Positions 60,269-64,000 of a stretch of 64,000 bases of DNA are shown here, piece after piece (position 1 is the first letter of the stretch; the number at the start of each line of letters is the position of its first letter). The translations under genes and the position numbers were made by a program. Source of the stretch: Terracidiphilus sp. (GTDB taxonomy: Bacteria > Acidobacteriota > Terriglobia > Terriglobales > Acidobacteriaceae); NCBI GenBank assembly GCA_049515455.1, contig JBEKUB010000005.1:82858-146857 (forward strand), written 5' to 3'. The notes beneath the pieces were generated by a model that had not been told where the DNA came from, did not search any database, and saw nothing but the letters and a program-made list of their open reading frames with translations.

Positions 60269-60865
60269 CTACCACCACTCCGATGCGCGAGCGGATGGAG
60301 TCTTCGCGCCGGTCTCAGCCTTGGCTGAGCGAAGAAGCAAAAGCGGGCATTGAGCCAGCTTCACTACCTTCTCGGCGATCGATCCGAAGACCAGCGGACG
60401 CCAGCCGGAGATGCCGTGCGTGGAGATTACGATCAGGTCGATATGTTCGCGATCGACCACCTCCATGATGTTCCCTACTACGTCATTGCCAACTTCGACC
60501 AGAGAAGTTGACTTCACCCCCCTGTTAGCAAGAACCGCATGGCACTTCGCCAATTGGCCCTCTGCAAATGCTTGTGTCTCTTGAATGAATTCGTTTTCGG
60601 GAGCCAGATCAGGAAGAGTCGTGGTGGGAAATATCGGGATCACGTTCACAAGCAAAAGTTCGGCATGAAAATGCTCAGCTAGATCGGCTGCCATATCCAG
60701 AGCCGCTTGGGAGGACGAGCTGAAGTCGATGGGCAACAGTATCTTCGTAGGAATGGAAGCAGTAGCTAGATCTTTAGACAAGACGTTCTCCTCGCCGAGT
60801 AATGCAAGCGGCTGTGATTTATCTTCCTCTGCTCGCAAGAGCAAAAGCTGTGCACTTTTGGTCAT
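60269..60865 (-). CDS. Universal stress protein
   Basis: ILLPIDFS, DLIVISTHG, FGSIAEKVV..AQCPLL. Confidence 0.9.
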   Translation of the reverse strand: MTKSAQLLLLRAEEDKSQPLALLGEENVLSKDLATASIPTKILLPIDFSSSSQAALDMAADLAEHFHAELLLVNVIPIFPTTTLPDLAPENEFIQETQAFAEGQLAKCHAVLANRGVKSTSLVEVGNDVVGNIMEVVDREHIDLIVISTHGISGWRPLVFGSIAEKVVKLAQCPLLLLRSAKAETGAKTPSARASEWW

Positions 60866-60974
60866 GAGCCGGAAGGTCTGGCATGGGTTTTCTAATCAGA
60901 ACGAAAGCTGCTGCGGAACTGTCGTAAATTGGCTAGGTTCCGTTCGCACAGAGAACAACTACATCAAATACACA

Positions 60975-60999
60975 AGGGCCTCCCGAGTAGGGAGGCCCT
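60975..60999 (-). terminator. Probable intrinsic terminator
   Basis: Perfect 10-bp stem AGGGCCTCCC/GGGAGGCCCT with a T-rich tail on the - strand, 25 bp after the 61024 stop. Confidence 0.6.
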
Positions 61000-61023
61000 G
61001 AGATTTGAAACACTAAACCCTGC

Positions 61024-61485
61024 TTACCGCAGTCGCATCGCCTTGATAGCCGCGGGCAGCCGCTCCTCGATCAGCTTAGCGCGCTCAACCGCAATGCCGC
61101 CCAGGTACGATGGAACAGGCGTAGCCGTAAGCACCAGCACAAAGGCGATCACTGAGAAGCAAAGCCCTGCAATGCCGGCTGAAACGAACATGTGGTACAT
61201 GTCGAAGACGTCCAGCCCGAAGACCTTGAAGGCCACGTGCTCCAGCGCCTTGATATGATGAAGCACCGCCAGCGCAAAGAGAAAGAAGAAGACCGCCAAC
61301 GAAGTAAGAACAGCCAGGGTTACATCGAGGCCGCGGTGAAACTTCTGCCGGCCTCGGCAGTGTGCGCATTCGACAAAATGCTGCTCGTAGTCCTTGCGCA
61401 TCTCCGGGTAGATCCCTGAGATGTCATAACGCCAGCTTGCCAGAATGGCGCCTACGACTCTGTCTGTACAATTTGTTCTTGCCAT
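61024..61485 (-). CDS. Membrane protein with N-terminal ZAS-like HxxxCxxC motif
   Basis: NC...QHFVECAHC followed by two TM helices. Confidence 0.7.
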   Translation of the reverse strand: MARTNCTDRVVGAILASWRYDISGIYPEMRKDYEQHFVECAHCRGRQKFHRGLDVTLAVLTSLAVFFFLFALAVLHHIKALEHVAFKVFGLDVFDMYHMFVSAGIAGLCFSVIAFVLVLTATPVPSYLGGIAVERAKLIEERLPAAIKAMRLR

Positions 61486-61696
61486 ATACGTAAAGACTCA
61501 CTTTGCGAAGGATTTGCTGTTCCGCCCTATCTGATGCGGTTCATGTTGCAACAGTAAGCAAGAGATTTTCAAGGTGCTCCACCGTCCTTTATCTTGTTTC
61601 GGTGGATCTTCGCCTTGCCGCGCCTAAATGATATCGGCGCTCCCTGCCAATCTACCTACAGAGTGATGCCCGTACATCCATTGTAGTTCAATTTTC

Positions 61697-62815
61697 TTAA
61701 AACTGAATGCCTGATAGGCCCTCGTACTGCATCGCCAGCAGCAGCCGGTTGGCCAGCAGGCTGGCCCGTCCGCTCAGCGCGCGTTCAGCTGTCACCCTCG
61801 CCAAATCTGGAAGGTTATTGCTTTCAGAGAGATGCGCCAGAATCACATAGGCAGCCTGGCCGTCGTAACCCTCCTCAAGGAACGCCGCCGCAGCCTCGTT
61901 CGATAAGTGCCCCACCCTGGAAAGTACCCTTTGTTTCACCTGCCAGGGGTAGGGTCCGTCGCGCAGCATCTCTAGGTCGTGGTTCGATTCCAGCATCAAC
62001 AAGTCCACGCCCTTCAGTTGCTCCTTGACATTCGGCGGTATATATCCCAGGTCGGTCGCGTAGCCCATCCTCACCCCCTCAGCCTGGAAAACAAAACCCA
62101 CCGGGTCGGCCGCATCGTGTGGGATCGTAAACGGGCTGATTGCGATGTCGCCAATCTCAAATGGCTTTCCAGCCTCAAAGTACTCCACCGTCGGCAGCCA
62201 GGTGGGATCTTCTTTCCGCGACGGCGTCGCTGGTTGAGTATCCAACTCTGGTTCAGAGCTCGACTCCAGCTTCGGTTCTGAGCTCGAGTCCAGCCCTGGT
62301 TCAGAACTCGACTCCAGCTTTGTGTCAGGGCACGACTTTAGTCGTGCCGTAGATGCTGTTTGATCGACTCGGGCTTTAGCCCCTGCGGCATGTTCTTCGC
62401 CCAGTTCACCCACAGCCTCCACCAGATCGCTTTCGTCCGGCTCACACTCCAGACCCGCAGCATCGGTCTCCGCCTGCCGCTCCGCCGCCTGCTTCCTGCA
62501 TTGTTCCAGCCACTGCGCATAGGTCATCTGCCGCCGAGGAGTCAGCCATCGCATCCAGGCGCGATGCGTGCCCTCGGTAAAGTACACCGGAATCCCCAGC
62601 TTCCGCGCCGTCACCGCCAGCCCGTTCACGTGGTCAGAATGCTCGTGGGTAATGATGACCGCATCCAGCGTCTCCGGCTCCTCGCCGGCCAGCCGCATGC
62701 GCCGGAACAGCTCCCTGCAGCTCAGCCCGGCATCCAGAAGAATCCGCGTCCGCCCGCCGGAGATAACCGTGCAGTTGCCCTTGGAGCCCGAAGCCAGCAC
62801 TGTGAAGCGCACCAT
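61697..62815 (-). CDS. MBL-fold metallo-hydrolase (YycJ/WalJ-like) with internal insertion
   Basis: LASGSKGN, THEHSDH, HDAADP, TDLG, ESNHD, GHLSN, HLSESNN. Confidence 0.92.
   Translation of the reverse strand: MVRFTVLASGSKGNCTVISGGRTRILLDAGLSCRELFRRMRLAGEEPETLDAVIITHEHSDHVNGLAVTARKLGIPVYFTEGTHRAWMRWLTPRRQMTYAQWLEQCRKQAAERQAETDAAGLECEPDESDLVEAVGELGEEHAAGAKARVDQTASTARLKSCPDTKLESSSEPGLDSSSEPKLESSSEPELDTQPATPSRKEDPTWLPTVEYFEAGKPFEIGDIAISPFTIPHDAADPVGFVFQAEGVRMGYATDLGYIPPNVKEQLKGVDLLMLESNHDLEMLRDGPYPWQVKQRVLSRVGHLSNEAAAAFLEEGYDGQAAYVILAHLSESNNLPDLARVTAERALSGRASLLANRLLLAMQYEGLSGIQF
62250..62321. repeat. Three 24-bp tandem repeats inside the MBL CDS
   Basis: GGTTC(A/T)GA(G/A)CTCGA(C/G)TCCAGC.. x3, encoding (K/G)L(E/D)SSSEP. 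Confidence 0.9.
62319..62388. repeat. Family D element inside the MBL CDS
   Basis: GGGCACGACTTTAGTCGTGCC ... GGGCTTTAGCCCCTG, read in frame as AAGAKAR...TARLKSCPDT. Confidence 0.85.
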
Positions 62816-62855
62816 AGTTTGAGAATACAGCCAAGGGCTGTGCATATCGGGACGC

Positions 62856-63044
62856 TTTGGAAGGGCGCGGCTTTAGACGCGCCACTTGATAGGCAATAGA
62901 ATCGTGGGGCTTTAGCCCCGGAGGGGTATCCTATCGACAATTTGCCGGGTGCCCCACCCTCGCGACGCTTTTGTTTTTGTCGCTAGGGTGGGATACCACA
63001 AAACTCAACCATCGAAGCATGGAAGGCGCGGCTTTAAAACCCGC
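62856..63044. repeat. Cluster of family D, family A and degenerate D elements
   Basis: GGAAGGGCGCGGCTTTAGACGCGCC..GGGGCTTTAGCCCC (62856-62925); GGGTGCCCCACCCT..AGGGTGGGATACCAC (62947-63004); GGAAGGCGCGGCTTTA (63021). Confidence 0.75.
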
Positions 63045-63098
63045 TCCCCCTGCGGCTAGGGCATACCATTTCAAAACCTTGATCTCTTCGATTTTCCT

Positions 63099-63230
63099 CT
63101 AAACCGCATCCGGCAGATGCGTCGGAATCTCGATTGAAACCAGCGTCCCCCGCCCCGGATTGCTGACCACGCTGAACCGCATCTGGCTGCCATAGAGCAC
63201 TTCCAGCCGCTCCTGCACGTTCTTCATGCC
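63099..63230 (-). pseudogene. Orphan 3' fragment of a LytS/YehU-type sensor histidine kinase
   Basis: GMKNVQERLEVLYGSQMRFSVVSNPGRGTLVSIEIPTHLPDAV* matches the HATPase tail; upstream in-frame residues lose similarity. Below the ORF-track cutoff. Confidence 0.75.
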
Positions 63231-63331
63231 ATGCCGGCGCCAAGACCAGGAACGCAGCTTCTCATGGTGGTATCCAGGCTTATCGCACTATAGGATGAAA
63301 TGATCCCGTGCAAACACGGAAGGTGGAAGTT

Positions 63332-63961
63332 ATGAGCAAGATTTCAATTAAGGGTGTGTTGATTGGCGCGATCACCAACGAAGTTGGAGGAATGACCTTC
63401 TATGTTCTAGTATCTTTGCTTCTTATCCTGCCTGCCTCTCTGGATGGTTCTTTAGCTACCAAAGGTTGGATAGATATTCTAATGACGATGGCTTACCCCG
63501 CTTTTGCATTGCTTGGCGGATTCGTTGCAGCCCGGATTGCTAAGCGCAACGAAATGATCAATGGCGCTCTATCTTCTTTCATCGGTGTTGCGCTTTGTGT
63601 ATTAACCCTGGTCCGCGGCCAGAGCGGCAACCCGAGTTTTCAGATGGCACTTATTGTGATCTTGCCTTTGTTTGGGTTTCTGGGTGGTTTGCTGGAATTT
63701 GGTCTTTTCAGCCGGGGCAGGAAGACGAACGAAGCCGCGATCGACCTTCCTATTTCTGCCGTCGTCAGCACAGCCAACACGACCACCTTCACAACGCCCA
63801 TCACTACCGCCGTCGTTACTGGCATTGTCGATGACGAAGAGGCGTGGCTCCATTATCTCGCCCATCGAGACTCCTCATCCCGGAATCCCGGAACCACCGT
63901 CAAAGACGAATACGATCAATTTATGGCCGCCCGTGCCAAGAACCGGCCCACCGTTTCATAA
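63332..63961 (+). CDS. Hypothetical 4-TM membrane protein with Thr-rich tail
   Basis: Hydrophobic helices (GGFVAARIAKR), GGAAG upstream, A/T-rich codon usage. Confidence 0.65.
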   Translation: MSKISIKGVLIGAITNEVGGMTFYVLVSLLLILPASLDGSLATKGWIDILMTMAYPAFALLGGFVAARIAKRNEMINGALSSFIGVALCVLTLVRGQSGNPSFQMALIVILPLFGFLGGLLEFGLFSRGRKTNEAAIDLPISAVVSTANTTTFTTPITTAVVTGIVDDEEAWLHYLAHRDSSSRNPGTTVKDEYDQFMAARAKNRPTVS

Positions 63962-64000
63962 AATCGGAAATTCGTCTACTGCTCCGCCGGCAAATGCGTC

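Overview
Bacterial chromosomal segment. Gene content, protein style (many Tat/Sec-exported proteins, DUF1800/DUF1501, double TonB, VirB10-like secreted protein) and intergenic palindromes point to an Acidobacteriaceae/Terriglobia genome; this is inference, with no marker gene checked. The left ~21 kb lies 3' of tRNA-Leu(TAA), looks more A/T-rich by eye and contained none of the palindromic repeats I recognised further right. It holds a translationally coupled NodZ-like fucosyltransferase + polysaccharide pyruvyltransferase pair, a leaderless pepsin-like (A1) protease, a probable integrase N-terminal remnant, a trehalose/alpha-glucan cluster (treY, treZ, glgE, treS-mak fusion, a degenerate GT2-like gene, an MscS-TM-like gene) and a Tat-exported oxidoreductase/TIM-barrel/GH-A module. 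The right part is mostly core-like (slt, ECF sigma/anti-sigma, DUF1800/1501, cyclophilins, tRNA-Asp, IclR, ABC exporter, kdgK, ppk2, eno, gpmA), with a P3A H+-ATPase/Usp pair and tandem esterase paralogs. It carries at least four families of REP-like hairpins, including one copy nested in another, one inserted in frame in a metallo-beta-lactamase gene, and covarying stems. An orphan histidine-kinase 3' fragment near the right edge may mark another insertion boundary. No CRISPR array, rRNA or intact mobile element is supported.
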